Positions 47,302-57,380 are shown, numbered from the stretch's first letter. The stretch is DNA of 64,000 bases from Dehalococcoidia bacterium (GCA_035574915.1 DATLYJ010000078.1:6460-70459); one strand, 5' to 3'. Notes: generated by a model not told the origin, from the letters alone. Made by a program: numbers and translations.

Positions 47302-48342
47302 TCAAGGTGTCCGGACGGAAAACACTACTTCCGACTTCAACCCCTCATGCTCGAGGCGGGTTTCGTACGCCCTGGGCGCCTGGTCGATCGAGAACGTGTG
47401 CGACACGATCTGGCGAAGGTCAGGGAGCGAGGGCAGTAGCTCCAGCGTCCTCCGGTACTGGTCGATGGTGGCGTTCTGGGAGCCGGTCAGGACCAGCTCG
47501 TTGTAGTGGATGACGTTGGGGTCAAGGTTGACGATGGTCTGGGGCGGGAACCCGGCGAAGAGGCCGATGTAGCCCTGACGGCGTACGGCCCCGAGAGTGG
47601 AAGCGACCGCCGGCCCCACGCCAGCGGTCACGACCGCCACGTCGGCGCCCTTGCCGTCAGTCAGCTCCTTGACCCGCGCCCCGAGGTCCTGGGAGGCCGG
47701 GTCAATCGTGTCGACAGCGCCGAGCTTGCGAGCCCAGGCCCGGCGCCCTTCCTCCGGCTCGCTGGCGATGACCACGGCGCCGAGCCGGCGTGCCAGCACC
47801 AGGTGGAGCAGGCCCATGGGGCCGGCGCCGATGAGGAGCAGCGTGGTGCCTCCGCCCACGCCGAGCAGCTCGAGCGAGTTGAGGACGCAGGCCGCCGGCT
47901 CCAGCAAGGAGGCCTGCTCCAGGGGAAGGCCCGCGGGCAAGGGAAAGACGTGCCCCAGGCGCACGATCGGCGCCGGTACGAGGACGTACTCGGCGAGCCC
48001 GCCGTTTTCGTCATAGCCCAGGGTGACCCGCTGCGGACAGCGGTTTCTCTTGCCCACGCGACAGAACTCGCACACCCCGCAGGCGATGATGGGACAGAGC
48101 GCTACCGCCTGCCCGGCCTGGAGCCCCGTCACGCCCTGACCAATGGCAGCAATCGTGCCGGAGATCTCGTGCCCGGGAATGACGCCGGGACGGGCGTACT
48201 TTTCGCCCTTGAAGACACGGACGTCCGAGTGACAGAGGCCGGTAGCGCCGGTGCGCAGGAGGACCTCACCCGCTCCGGGCTCGGGGTCGGGGACATCGAG
48301 GACGGCTAGCTCACCCGGTCCCTTGAAGACGCAGGCCTTCAT
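47302..48342 (-). CDS. zinc-dependent alcohol dehydrogenase (MDR family; threonine/sorbitol dehydrogenase-like)
   Basis: GHEISG; structural Zn motif CGVCEFCRVGKRNRC; Rossmann motif GAGPMG. The tracker's 48477 start adds a 45-aa Arg/Pro junk extension. Confidence 0.85.
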   Translation of the reverse strand: MKACVFKGPGELAVLDVPDPEPGAGEVLLRTGATGLCHSDVRVFKGEKYARPGVIPGHEISGTIAAIGQGVTGLQAGQAVALCPIIACGVCEFCRVGKRNRCPQRVTLGYDENGGLAEYVLVPAPIVRLGHVFPLPAGLPLEQASLLEPAACVLNSLELLGVGGGTTLLLIGAGPMGLLHLVLARRLGAVVIASEPEEGRRAWARKLGAVDTIDPASQDLGARVKELTDGKGADVAVVTAGVGPAVASTLGAVRRQGYIGLFAGFPPQTIVNLDPNVIHYNELVLTGSQNATIDQYRRTLELLPSLPDLRQIVSHTFSIDQAPRAYETRLEHEGLKSEVVFSVRTP

Positions 48343-48349
48343 GCGCCGC

Positions 48350-48811
48350 CTAGCTGGTCTTCTTCGCCCGCGGAGTCCTGGTCTTGGTCTCGGCCTTAGG
48401 CTCGGCCTTGGGCCGTCGCGGCGGCGCCTTCTTCGCCGGGCTCTCCTCCGCCTTGGGAGCGGACGCGGTAGCGCCACGGCGCGGCGCCGGCTGCTCAGAG
48501 GCGGCGGCAGGCGATGTAGCCGCGGCGGCGACCGCGTTGGCTGTCGCGAGGTTGAAGCGCTTCAGCAGGCGCGACTTGCTGCGCGCGGCGGCGTTCGGGT
48601 GGAGCACGCCCTTTTGCGCTGCACGGTCAAGCCCGCTGATCGCCTGCCGGACGTAGCTTTCGGCGTTGGCGACATCGGCGGCAATGTACGCGATCGCCTT
48701 CCCTACGAGGGTCCTGGTCTTGCTCTTGATCGAGCGGTTTCTCTGTCGGCGCTTGAGCGACTGGCGCAGGCGCTTTCGGGCGGATATGCCTTTCCGGCTC
48801 GGCTTCGGCAA
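48350..48811 (-). CDS. rpsT: 30S ribosomal protein S20 with about 65-aa Ala/Pro/Lys-rich C-terminal extension
   Basis: S20 core ...KGISARKRLRQSLKRRQRNRSIKSKTRT...KGVLHPNAAARSKSRLLKRFN. TTG start 5 nt after RBS AAGGAGA. Tail ...SPAKKAPPRRPKAEPKAETKTRTPRAKKTS. Confidence 0.75.
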   Translation of the reverse strand: MPKPSRKGISARKRLRQSLKRRQRNRSIKSKTRTLVGKAIAYIAADVANAESYVRQAISGLDRAAQKGVLHPNAAARSKSRLLKRFNLATANAVAAAATSPAAASEQPAPRRGATASAPKAEESPAKKAPPRRPKAEPKAETKTRTPRAKKTS

Positions 48812-48972
48812 GGGGGTCTCCTTAAGGGGATGCCCGCTCGGGCGGACAGGGTATCTGGATCGTAACTGACCGGCCTCCGTCTGTCCACCGGATGACAGGC
48901 CGTCGCGGCGATTGTCCATGTGATTTTGCTCGAACGCCTATGCGGATGTCCTTAACCGCGACAAGCCGTATC

Positions 48973-49614
48973 ATGCCGGTAGTGGAGATCACATGGCTTG
49001 GACAGAACTGTTTCCGCCTGCGTGGGCGGGAGGCGGTCGCGCTGACGGACCCGTGCCCGCCGTCGACCGGTTTCAAGATCGGCAAGGTCGGCGCCGATGT
49101 CGTGACCATTAGTCACGACGGCGCCGAGTCCAACTACAGACAAGCAGTCCAGGGCGAGGCCAAGTTCGTCTCAGCCCCCGGCGAATACGAGATCGCCAGC
49201 ATCCTGATTACAGGCGTACGCACCCGCCGAGATAAGAAGGACGGCCAGGTACGGAACGTCGCCTTCGTCCTCGATATCGATGACATCCGCGTCTGTCACC
49301 TCGGGCTGGTCAGCCAGGTCCCACACGCCGACGATGTCGAACAGTTGGTCGGCTGCGATGTCCTCCTTGTTCCGGTGGGCGGCGGCGGCGCCCTCAACGC
49401 CCGCGCCGCCGCCGAAGCCGTAAGCCTGCTGGAGCCAAAGATCGTCATCCCCATGCGCTTCAAGACGGCGGGCGCCACCGGTGACCTGGAAGGAGTCGAC
49501 CGTTTCCTGAAGGAGATCGGCGCCGAATCCAGGGCGCCGGAAGCGCGCCTCAACGTCACAAAGAGCAGCCTCCCTGCAGACACCACTGTCGTGGTCCTGG
49601 AGCCTCGCGGCTAA
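48973..49614 (+). CDS. MBL-fold metallo-hydrolase (UPF0173-like)
   Basis: MPVVEITWLGQNCFRL...ISHDGAE... beta-lactamase-fold pattern. Confidence 0.65.
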   Translation: MPVVEITWLGQNCFRLRGREAVALTDPCPPSTGFKIGKVGADVVTISHDGAESNYRQAVQGEAKFVSAPGEYEIASILITGVRTRRDKKDGQVRNVAFVLDIDDIRVCHLGLVSQVPHADDVEQLVGCDVLLVPVGGGGALNARAAAEAVSLLEPKIVIPMRFKTAGATGDLEGVDRFLKEIGAESRAPEARLNVTKSSLPADTTVVVLEPRG

Positions 49615-49763
49615 GTACCACGTCATCGCCGCGCCGAGGATCCTCCCTGGAGTTGCGCCTGCGACCACCCATGCCGGGCATGACACTGGCTGCCCCTAAG
49701 GCAGCCTTCCTCCACGCCTCCGGCACCGGACTCCCGACGCCGGACATGTGGAACCGGGTAACT

Positions 49764-50053
49764 AGTTATTGACAACGCATTACGGTCGCCCTAGGCTTGA
49801 TACCTGAACTCAATAGCGCACGGCGTCGAAGGGTAGTAGTAGGGGATCGCCTCGGGCGATCAGCGAGCCGGGACGGTGGAAGCCGGCAGCCTTAGCGCCC
49901 CGAACTCGACCCGGAGCCCACCGGCTGAATCCGAGTAGGCCAGTGCGGGTAAGCCCGATACAGCGAACGAGGTGCCCTTTCGACAATCACGAAGGGGAAC
50001 CAGGGTGGTACCGTCCCGTCTCCCCGGGGTCCCTGGAGAGGCGGTTTTCTTTT
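49764..50053 (+). ncRNA. candidate T-box riboswitch leader (possible Leu CUC specifier) with promoter and intrinsic terminator, upstream of ilvB
   Basis: Promoter TTGACA-N17-TAGGCT at 49764. T-box consensus AGGGTGGTACCG at 50002..50013. Terminator hairpin plus TTTTCTTTT at about 50014..50053. Candidate specifier GAA-CUC-G at 49903..49905. Confidence 0.5.
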
Positions 50054-50342
50054 GATGCGGCCCGTTGGGCAAACTTAACGAGAGGCAACGTCAGGCAAGT
50101 GACGACGATGAGCCGAAACGCAGCGCTGGAGGCCGATAAGGTCTCGGTCGATGCTATGCAGCTTCGCCGAGACCGGGCGGTAATCGCTCGCGTGGTCGGC
50201 TCGGGCGCGGCCGGACCCAGGTCGCGGCTACTGAGCCTCCTCCTTACTTAGCCCCGTCCCCCGAAGCCCATCGGGGACCGCAACGGGGCGCACCTCAGAA
50301 TCTCAGTCAGTCGAAATCGGCTGTCCGTCCTAAGGAGGACGT

Positions 50343-52064
50343 ATGAAGCTCACTGGCGCGCAAATAGTCATGGAATGCCTCCAGCGCGAGGGCGTGGAGG
50401 TCGTCTTCGGCTATCCGGGCGGGGCCAACCTGCCCATGTACGACACCCTCAAGGACTATCCCAACATCCGCCACGTCCTCGTCCGGCACGAGCAGGCAGC
50501 GGCCCACGCCGCTGACGCTTACGCTCGCGTCACGGGCAAGGCCGGAGTCGCCTGGGCGACCTCAGGCCCCGGCGCCACGAACCTGGTGACCGGGATCGCT
50601 AACGCCTGGATGGACTCGGTGCCCCTGGTCTGCATTACCGGCTCCGTCGTCACCTGGCTCATCGGCCGGGACGGCTTCCAGGAGGCCGACATCACAGGGA
50701 TCACCATCCCCATCACCAAGCACAACACTCTCGTCCTCAATGTGGAGGACATCGCCCCGGCGATCCGTGAGGCCTTCTATATCGCCACGACAGGCCGCCC
50801 CGGTCCGGTGCTCGTCGACATCCCGCGCGACATCCAGCAACAGGTGTGCGAGTTCATCTACCCGGAGACGGTGGAATTGCGCGGCTACCAGCCCGTGACG
50901 AAGGGTAACGCCCGCCAGGTGAAGCGCGCTGCCCAGCTCATCGCGGAGGCGCAGCGGCCGCTGATCCTGGCCGGCCACGGCGTCAACATCGCCCGCGCCC
51001 ACGAAGAGCTGCGCGAGTTCGCCGAAAAGACGCAGATACCGGTGATCACCACTCTTCTCGGGCTCGGCGGCTTCCCCGGGACGCACGAGCTCTTCATGGG
51101 CATGCCGGGCATGCACGGCATGTACTGGAACAACATCGCCATCGGCGAAGCAGACCTCATTATCGGCATCGGCATGCGCTTCGACGACCGGGTCACGGGC
51201 AAGCTCACCGAGTTCGCACCGAACGCGAAGATCATCCACGTGGACATCGACCCGGCCGAGATCGGCAAGAACGTCCCCACCGCCGTGCCCATCGTCGGCG
51301 ACGTAAAGGAGGTGCTGGGCCAGCTCAACCGTGAGGTCTCCCCCGCCCGCCACGACGAGTGGATCGGTTGGTTCCGCCGCATGCAGAAGGAGCACCCTTC
51401 GATCCTGATCCCGGAGGTCGACAAGCTCCTCCCCCAGTACGTGATCAAGTCCATCTACGACGCATCCGGGGCCGACGCCTACTACGTCACCGGCGTGGGA
51501 CAACACCAGATGTGGGCGGCGCAGTACTTCTGGGTGGACAAGCCCAACGGCTTCATCACCTCCGGCGGGCTCGGGACCATGGGCTTCGAGGTGCCCGCGG
51601 CCATGGGCGTTCAGTTCGCCGCGCCGAAGGAGACTGTGTGGTCGATCTGCGGCGATGGCGGGTTCCAGATGACCTCTCAGGAGCTCGCGACAATCGTCGA
51701 GTACGAACTGCCGGTGAAGTTCGCGATCATCAACAACGGCTACCTGGGAATGGTGCGTCAGTGGCAGGAGATGTTCTACAAGAACAACCTCTCCGCGGTG
51801 CGCATGTACCAGCCGGACTTCGTCAAGCTGGCGGAGGCTTACGGCATGACGGCACTGCGAGTGACTGACAAAGCGCAGGTCCGGGGCGCCATCGACGCGG
51901 CGCTCAACCACCCCGGCCCGGTGCTGATCGACTTCCAGGTCGAAGAGTACGAAAACACCTACCCGATGGTGCCGCCGGCGACCGCGCTCAAGGACACGGT
52001 GGATTCACCCTACACCTACGAGGACATCCGGCCGCGAGAGCGCGAGCGGGCGGGCTCGCGATAG
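50343..52064 (+). CDS. ilvB: acetolactate synthase large subunit (biosynthetic)
   Basis: 573 aa with ThDP motif GDGGFQM...NN and an AHAS-typical N-terminus. Confidence 0.92.
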   Translation: MKLTGAQIVMECLQREGVEVVFGYPGGANLPMYDTLKDYPNIRHVLVRHEQAAAHAADAYARVTGKAGVAWATSGPGATNLVTGIANAWMDSVPLVCITGSVVTWLIGRDGFQEADITGITIPITKHNTLVLNVEDIAPAIREAFYIATTGRPGPVLVDIPRDIQQQVCEFIYPETVELRGYQPVTKGNARQVKRAAQLIAEAQRPLILAGHGVNIARAHEELREFAEKTQIPVITTLLGLGGFPGTHELFMGMPGMHGMYWNNIAIGEADLIIGIGMRFDDRVTGKLTEFAPNAKIIHVDIDPAEIGKNVPTAVPIVGDVKEVLGQLNREVSPARHDEWIGWFRRMQKEHPSILIPEVDKLLPQYVIKSIYDASGADAYYVTGVGQHQMWAAQYFWVDKPNGFITSGGLGTMGFEVPAAMGVQFAAPKETVWSICGDGGFQMTSQELATIVEYELPVKFAIINNGYLGMVRQWQEMFYKNNLSAVRMYQPDFVKLAEAYGMTALRVTDKAQVRGAIDAALNHPGPVLIDFQVEEYENTYPMVPPATALKDTVDSPYTYEDIRPRERERAGSR

Positions 52065-52088
52065 GCCTCGAGGGCAAGGAGAGAGCAC

Positions 52089-52679
52089 ATGCCGAAGTCT
52101 GAACACCACACAATCGTCGCCCTCGTCGAGGACAAGCCGGGCGTCCTGAACCGCATCGCCTCCAAGTGGCGGCAGCGCGGCTTCAACATCGAGTCCCTGG
52201 CCGTGGGCCATTCCGAGACCCCGGGGCTGTCGCGCATGACCTTCACCGTCGACGGCGCCCGCCACGACATCGAGCAGGTCACGAAGCAGCTCTACAAGGT
52301 GATCGAGGTCGTGAAAATCGCCGACATCACCTCAGAGGACATCGTCGCCCGTGAGTTGGCGCTGATCAAGGTCGCCGCCGGCCCGCAAAACCGCGGCGAG
52401 ATTATCGAGATCGCCACCCTGTTCCGGGCCAACATCGTCGATGTGTCGGCCGACTCGTTGATCGTCGAGGTGACCGGCACCGAGGACAAGATCGAGAAGA
52501 TCTGCGAGCTGCTGCAGCCGTACGGCATCAGAGAGCTCGTGCGCACGGGCCGGGTGGCCATGGGCCGCGGCGGCGGCTCCAGCGTCAGCGTCAACGGTTC
52601 CGGCCGCCTCTCCGCCGGCACGCACGGCCGCTATCGCAGCGCCGGCGAGGGCAAACCTCAGGTAGGGAGCCTGCTCTAG
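52089..52679 (+). CDS. ilvN: acetolactate synthase small (regulatory) subunit
   Basis: ACT domain HTIVALVEDKPGVLNRIASKWRQRGFNIESLAVG plus a C-terminal domain. Confidence 0.9.
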   Translation: MPKSEHHTIVALVEDKPGVLNRIASKWRQRGFNIESLAVGHSETPGLSRMTFTVDGARHDIEQVTKQLYKVIEVVKIADITSEDIVARELALIKVAAGPQNRGEIIEIATLFRANIVDVSADSLIVEVTGTEDKIEKICELLQPYGIRELVRTGRVAMGRGGGSSVSVNGSGRLSAGTHGRYRSAGEGKPQVGSLL

Positions 52680-52681
52680 CC

Positions 52682-53485
52682 GTGAGCGGTCAGGCGAACG
52701 TCGAGCCGAGGGTATACCGGGCAGGCCTGGCCCTCCGTGAGGGAAGCGTCGAGGCCGTTGTGTTCGACCTGCCGGGGTGTCAATGCGTGGCTTCGGACCG
52801 GGAGGAAGCGCTCAACTTGCTGCCCGTGGTCATTGCCGAGCACCTGGCCTGGCTAGACCAGCACGGTGACGTCACGCGCGACGCCTTCCCCTTTCAGCTC
52901 GACGTGGTGGAGGAGGTCGAAGTCGACGCGCTCACCGACATCGCCGACGGCGAGTTCTGCTTCGACGATGACAGGCGACCCACCACGCGCGAGGAGGTCG
53001 AGACGGCCCTGCGGCACATGTCCTACGCCCGCGCTGACCTCCTGGCCGCGGTACGCCACCTGCCCGATCTGGTGCTGGACTGGGTACCACCGACCGGCGC
53101 GGTCGAGGTGGACAGGTGGGCGCCGGCTGTGCGGAGCGTGCGCGGTATCCTCGACCACATCGCCGGCGCGGACGGGTACTACGTCCGGAACGTTGGCTCC
53201 GCGCCCTGGGCCGGGCCTGCAGGCCCGCAGCCCGGCGGCCTCTTCGAGATGAGAGAGCGCGTCGTCCAGCGGTTGCGCACGCTGAGCGAAGCAGACCTTG
53301 CTGCCGAGTACAGGAAGCGGCAGCCGTGGCAGGCTGCGGGCTTCGAGCACTGGACAGCGCGAAAGGCGCTGCGCCGGATCATCTCGCACGAGCGCTTCCA
53401 CACCAGGGAGATCGAACAGCGACTGGCCTGGTTGCTGATCGGTGCGCCGAAGCTTGCCCGGGTCGCCACCGGGAGCAGGGCATGA
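52682..53485 (+). CDS. hypothetical fusion protein: HicB-like N-terminal domain + DinB/YfiT-like (DUF664) C-terminal domain
   Basis: N-terminus VYRAGLALREGSVEAVVFDLPGCQCVASDREEALNLLPVVIAEHLAWL (HicB-like fold). C-terminus has His-rich DinB_2-like motifs (ILDHIAG...HERFHTREIEQ). GTG start 2 nt after the ilvN stop. Confidence 0.45.
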   Translation: MSGQANVEPRVYRAGLALREGSVEAVVFDLPGCQCVASDREEALNLLPVVIAEHLAWLDQHGDVTRDAFPFQLDVVEEVEVDALTDIADGEFCFDDDRRPTTREEVETALRHMSYARADLLAAVRHLPDLVLDWVPPTGAVEVDRWAPAVRSVRGILDHIAGADGYYVRNVGSAPWAGPAGPQPGGLFEMRERVVQRLRTLSEADLAAEYRKRQPWQAAGFEHWTARKALRRIISHERFHTREIEQRLAWLLIGAPKLARVATGSRA

Positions 53486-53600
53486 GGCAGCGAGAGTTCC
53501 ATACCCTCAGACTCCGACGGCCCTCGCCCCGAAGAGGGCGGAGGGCCTCCAGACGTGACTTCCACGCTATTGCCCGATTACGGGTGCCAGGAGGTGAGGG

Positions 53601-55148
53601 ATGGACAAGGTATTGATTTTCGACACATCGCTGCGCGACGGCGAGCAGTCGCCGGGCGTGGCGTTCAACGTGCGCGACAAGCTCGAGATCGCGCAGCAGC
53701 TCGAGCGCCTGGGGGTGGACATCATTGAGGCCGGCTTCCCCGCCAGTTCGCCCGGCGATATGGAAGCCGTGAAGGAAGTCGCGAAGGTCATCAAGACCTC
53801 GCGGCTGGCGGGGTTGGCCCGCGCGGTCAAGAACGACGTAGACGCCTGCTGGGAAGCCATCAAGGACGCGAAGTACCCGCGTATCCACGTCTTCCTCTCG
53901 TCGTCGGACATCCACTTGATGCACCAGCTCGTGAAGGACCGCGAGACCGTGCTCGAGATGGCCCGCACGATGGTGGCCAGGGCGAAAGGCTACACCGAGG
54001 ACGTGGAGTTTAGCCCCATGGACTCGACGCGCTCGGAGCGAGAGTACGTCTACCGGATGCTGGAGCAGTGCATCGATGCCGGCGCGACGACCGTGAACAT
54101 ACCCGATACTGTCGGCTACACGACGCCGGAGGAGTTCAAGGAGTTCATCGAGGGCATCCTGGCCAACGTGAAGAACATCCACCGGGCGACGATTTCGGTG
54201 CACTGCCACAACGACCTTGGCCTCGCGGTCGCGAACAGCCTCGCGGCGGTAAAAGCCGGCGCCCGCCAGGTCGAGACCTGCATGAACGGCATCGGCGAGC
54301 GCGCGGGAAACGCCGCCCTCGAGGAAGTCGTGATGGCTATCAAGACGCGCGCCGACTTCTTCAACGTCGAAACCAACGTCAATACACGCGAGCTGTACCG
54401 GACTTCGCGCCTGGTGTCAGACCTGACAGGGATGGTGGTGCAGCCAAACAAGGCCATCGTGGGCGCGAATGCTTTCCGGCACCAGTCCGGTATCCATCAG
54501 GACGGAATCCTGAAGATGCGCGAGACTTACGAGATCATGGATGCGCGGGAGATCGGCTGGCCGACCGGCGGCGGCGAGATCGTTCTGGGGAAGCTATCGG
54601 GCCGCCACGGCTTCAAGGCCCGCCTGGACGAGCTCGGCTATGAGCTGACGTCGGACGAGTTCGAGCGCGCCTTCGCCGCTTTCAAGGAGCTAGCCGACAA
54701 GAAGGCCGAGATCGATGACCGCGACATCGAAGCCATCGTAGGCGAGGAGCGGCGCGAAGAGGACAACGTCTTCAGGCTCGACCTGCTGCAGGTGAGCTGC
54801 GGAACCCAATTGGTTCCCACCGCCACCGTACGCCTGGCGACGCCTGACGGCAGGACGCTGGTCCAGACCGCAACCGGCACCGGGCCTGTAGACGCTACCT
54901 ATCGGGCGATTAACGCGCTCGCCGGGGTAGAGAACGAGCTCACGGAGTTCTCCGTCAAGAGCGTCACCGAAGGCATCGATGCTAACGGCGAGGTCTTCGT
55001 GCGCATCGAACGAGACGGCCGCTCGTACACGGGCCGGGGCGTGGACACGGACATCATCGTGGCGGCGGCCAAGGCAGTATTGCAGGCGATCAACCGCCTC
55101 CTTTACGTGCACGGACGCCAGGACTCCCAGGTAAGGACCAACCCCTGA
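53601..55148 (+). CDS. leuA: 2-isopropylmalate synthase
   Basis: [16 protein letters not shown]...[17 protein letters not shown]...; 515 aa (short LeuA form). Confidence 0.92.
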   Translation: MDKVLIFDTSLRDGEQSPGVAFNVRDKLEIAQQLERLGVDIIEAGFPASSPGDMEAVKEVAKVIKTSRLAGLARAVKNDVDACWEAIKDAKYPRIHVFLSSSDIHLMHQLVKDRETVLEMARTMVARAKGYTEDVEFSPMDSTRSEREYVYRMLEQCIDAGATTVNIPDTVGYTTPEEFKEFIEGILANVKNIHRATISVHCHNDLGLAVANSLAAVKAGARQVETCMNGIGERAGNAALEEVVMAIKTRADFFNVETNVNTRELYRTSRLVSDLTGMVVQPNKAIVGANAFRHQSGIHQDGILKMRETYEIMDAREIGWPTGGGEIVLGKLSGRHGFKARLDELGYELTSDEFERAFAAFKELADKKAEIDDRDIEAIVGEERREEDNVFRLDLLQVSCGTQLVPTATVRLATPDGRTLVQTATGTGPVDATYRAINALAGVENELTEFSVKSVTEGIDANGEVFVRIERDGRSYTGRGVDTDIIVAAAKAVLQAINRLLYVHGRQDSQVRTNP

Positions 55149-55258
55149 TGAAAGGCCGGAAGCCACGCCGAAGGACACCTGAGTACTTGCCAAGCGTTGC
55201 GGCTGATAGTAAAGTAGCTGAGGCCGCAGTAAAGTATGAGGTGGAGGAGGGACCGGCA

Positions 55259-55546
55259 GTGAGCACGATAAGCAGCAAAAACCAGATAACCCTGCCGGCG
55301 CACCTCCTGCGGGAGATGGGCCTGGGCCCGGGGGACCGCCTGGCCGTAGGCCGGGAGGGTAACCGCCTGGTCCTGCGGCCGCGTCCGCGGGACTGGGTCA
55401 GGCATTACGCCGGCAGCCTGAGCGGGCTGTATGGCGCCACCCGGCAGGAGGCGGATGCCTACATCAAGGGCCTGCGGACAGAAGACGCGCGCGCGGCGGA
55501 GATCGAGAGGGCCTGGGCTGGTAGGGAAGGAAGCGCTCGAGAATAG
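55259..55546 (+). CDS. AbrB/MazE/SpoVT-fold antitoxin (VapB-like)
   Basis: SpoVT/AbrB swapped-hairpin motif KNQITLPAHLLREMGLGPGDRLAV...GNRLVLRP. GTG start 9 nt after GGAGGAGGG. The tracker's upstream ATG 55148 lacks an RBS and overlaps the leuA stop. Confidence 0.6.
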   Translation: MSTISSKNQITLPAHLLREMGLGPGDRLAVGREGNRLVLRPRPRDWVRHYAGSLSGLYGATRQEADAYIKGLRTEDARAAEIERAWAGREGSARE

Positions 55547-55958
55547 CCGGCGCTTCTGCCTCGATACGAGCGCCGTCATCTACTACCTCCAGGGCATGCA
55601 GCCCTATCTGCGCGTCCTCCTGCCTCTCCTCGACCGCGTCCGGGATGACGAGGCCATCATGGTCCTCTCGGCGATCACCGAGGCGGAGCTGCTCGTCAAA
55701 CCGGAGCGGGACGGCAACCGCGAAGCGGTCGAGATGATCGAGGACTTCCTGTCCGAGGACGGGATTTACGTGGTAGAGATGAGCCGCAGCATTGCCCGGC
55801 GGGCGGCTCGCCTCCGCCCCGTGAACAGGATCAGCATTGCGGATGCCGTTATCATGGCCACAGCCATCGAAACTGGTTGCGACTTGCTGCTCGGCAACGA
55901 CACCGCCTGGACGAAGGTCGGCGGCCTGCCGTTCGTCCGTCTGGAAGACCTGAGGTAA
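55455..55958 (+). CDS. PIN-domain ribonuclease (VapC-like toxin)
   Basis: PIN acidic residues (FCLDTSAVIYYL...ITEAEL...ISIADAVIMATAIETGCDLLLGND). The true start is unclear: no ATG/GTG/TTG within 10 codons of the LDTS motif; 55455 would overlap the antitoxin by about 90 nt. Confidence 0.55.
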   Translation: MPTSRACGQKTRARRRSRGPGLVGKEALENSRRFCLDTSAVIYYLQGMQPYLRVLLPLLDRVRDDEAIMVLSAITEAELLVKPERDGNREAVEMIEDFLSEDGIYVVEMSRSIARRAARLRPVNRISIADAVIMATAIETGCDLLLGNDTAWTKVGGLPFVRLEDLR

Positions 55959-55964
55959 GACGAA

Positions 55965-57380
55965 ATGCCTGCTCCAAGGACCCTCTCCGAGAAAATCTGG
56001 GAAAGCCACGTGGTGGCGCGGGAGGAGGGCAAGCCCGACCTCCTGTACATCGACCTCCATCTCGTGCACGAAGTGACATCGCCACAGGCGTTCGAAGGAC
56101 TGCGGCTTAGCGGCCGCCGGGTGCGCCGGCCTGACCTGACGCTCGCCACTGTCGACCACAACGTGCCGACGGAGGACCGGAACCTCCTTTGGCCGGACCC
56201 GCTTTCGGTCCAGCAGGTGGAAGCTCTGCGCCGCAACACGGAAGAGTTCGGTATCCCTTACTTTGGCATCAACGACCCGCGGCAGGGCATCGTCCACATA
56301 ATCGGGCCGGAGCAGGGCCTTACGCAGCCAGGAATGACGATCGTCTGCGGCGACAGCCACACGTCGACGCACGGTGCTTTCGGCGCGCTTGCCATCGGCA
56401 TCGGGACCTCCGAAGTCGAGCACGTGCTTGCTACCCAGACGCTGCCGCAATCGAAGCCGAAGACCATGGCCGTGGAGGTGAACGGTTCCCTTCACGACGG
56501 CGTGACCGCGAAGGACGTCATCCTCGCCATAATCCGCCACATGGGCGTCTCCGGCGGCATCGGCCACATCATCGAATACCGTGGCGATGTCATCCGCGCC
56601 CTTTCGATGGAAGGCCGCATGACCGTCTGCAACATGTCCATCGAGGGCGGAGCGCGGGCGGGCATGGTGGCGCCGGACGACAAGACGTTCGCTTACATGG
56701 AGGGCCGCCCGCACGCACCGAAAGGCAAACGGTGGGAGCAGGCGCTGGATTACTGGCGCAGCCTGCCGACGGACGAGGGCGCTACCTTCGACAAGGTGGT
56801 GCAACTCCAGGGCGAGGACATCGAGCCCTGCGTGACCTGGGGCACCACGCCGGCCCAGAGCGTGCCCGTCACGGGACGCGTGCCCGACCCGGAAGCCATG
56901 GCCGATCCCGCTGCCCGGGAGCTGGCGCTGCGGTCGCTCAAGTACATGGACCTCCGGCCGGGCACGGCGATCGAGGACATCCACCTCGACAAGGTCTTCA
57001 TTGGCTCCTGTACCAACTCTCGCATCGAGGACCTGCGGGCCGCGGCGGCTATCGTGAAAGGTCATCGCGTCCACAAGAACCTGAAGGCCATGGTGGTGCC
57101 AGGCTCAGGCCTCGTGAAGGCCCAGGCGGAGCAGGAAGGCCTCGACAGGGTCTTTATCGAAGCCGGCTTCGAGTGGCGTGAGGCGGGCTGCTCGATGTGC
57201 CTGGGGATGAACCCGGACATTCTCCTCCCGGGGGAACGCTGCGCCTCTACCTCCAACCGCAACTTCGAGGGCCGCCAGGGTCCCGGAGGGCGCACTCACC
57301 TGGTGAGCCCGCAAATGGCCGCCGCCGCCGCTATTGCCGGCCACTTCGTCGACATCCGCAAGTGGGAGCGAAGAGACTGA
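55965..57380 (+). CDS. leuC: 3-isopropylmalate dehydratase large subunit
   Basis: Aconitase-family motifs [14 protein letters not shown]...[14 protein letters not shown]...CNMSIEGG. Confidence 0.92.
   Translation: MPAPRTLSEKIWESHVVAREEGKPDLLYIDLHLVHEVTSPQAFEGLRLSGRRVRRPDLTLATVDHNVPTEDRNLLWPDPLSVQQVEALRRNTEEFGIPYFGINDPRQGIVHIIGPEQGLTQPGMTIVCGDSHTSTHGAFGALAIGIGTSEVEHVLATQTLPQSKPKTMAVEVNGSLHDGVTAKDVILAIIRHMGVSGGIGHIIEYRGDVIRALSMEGRMTVCNMSIEGGARAGMVAPDDKTFAYMEGRPHAPKGKRWEQALDYWRSLPTDEGATFDKVVQLQGEDIEPCVTWGTTPAQSVPVTGRVPDPEAMADPAARELALRSLKYMDLRPGTAIEDIHLDKVFIGSCTNSRIEDLRAAAAIVKGHRVHKNLKAMVVPGSGLVKAQAEQEGLDRVFIEAGFEWREAGCSMCLGMNPDILLPGERCASTSNRNFEGRQGPGGRTHLVSPQMAAAAAIAGHFVDIRKWERRD

Noticed and set aside
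49943-50251. 102-aa ORF in the ilvB leader
   Set aside because: As a whole it overlaps the T-box candidate and has no RBS. Only its last 30 to 47 codons (the Leu-rich tail) are retained, as a speculative leader-peptide finding.
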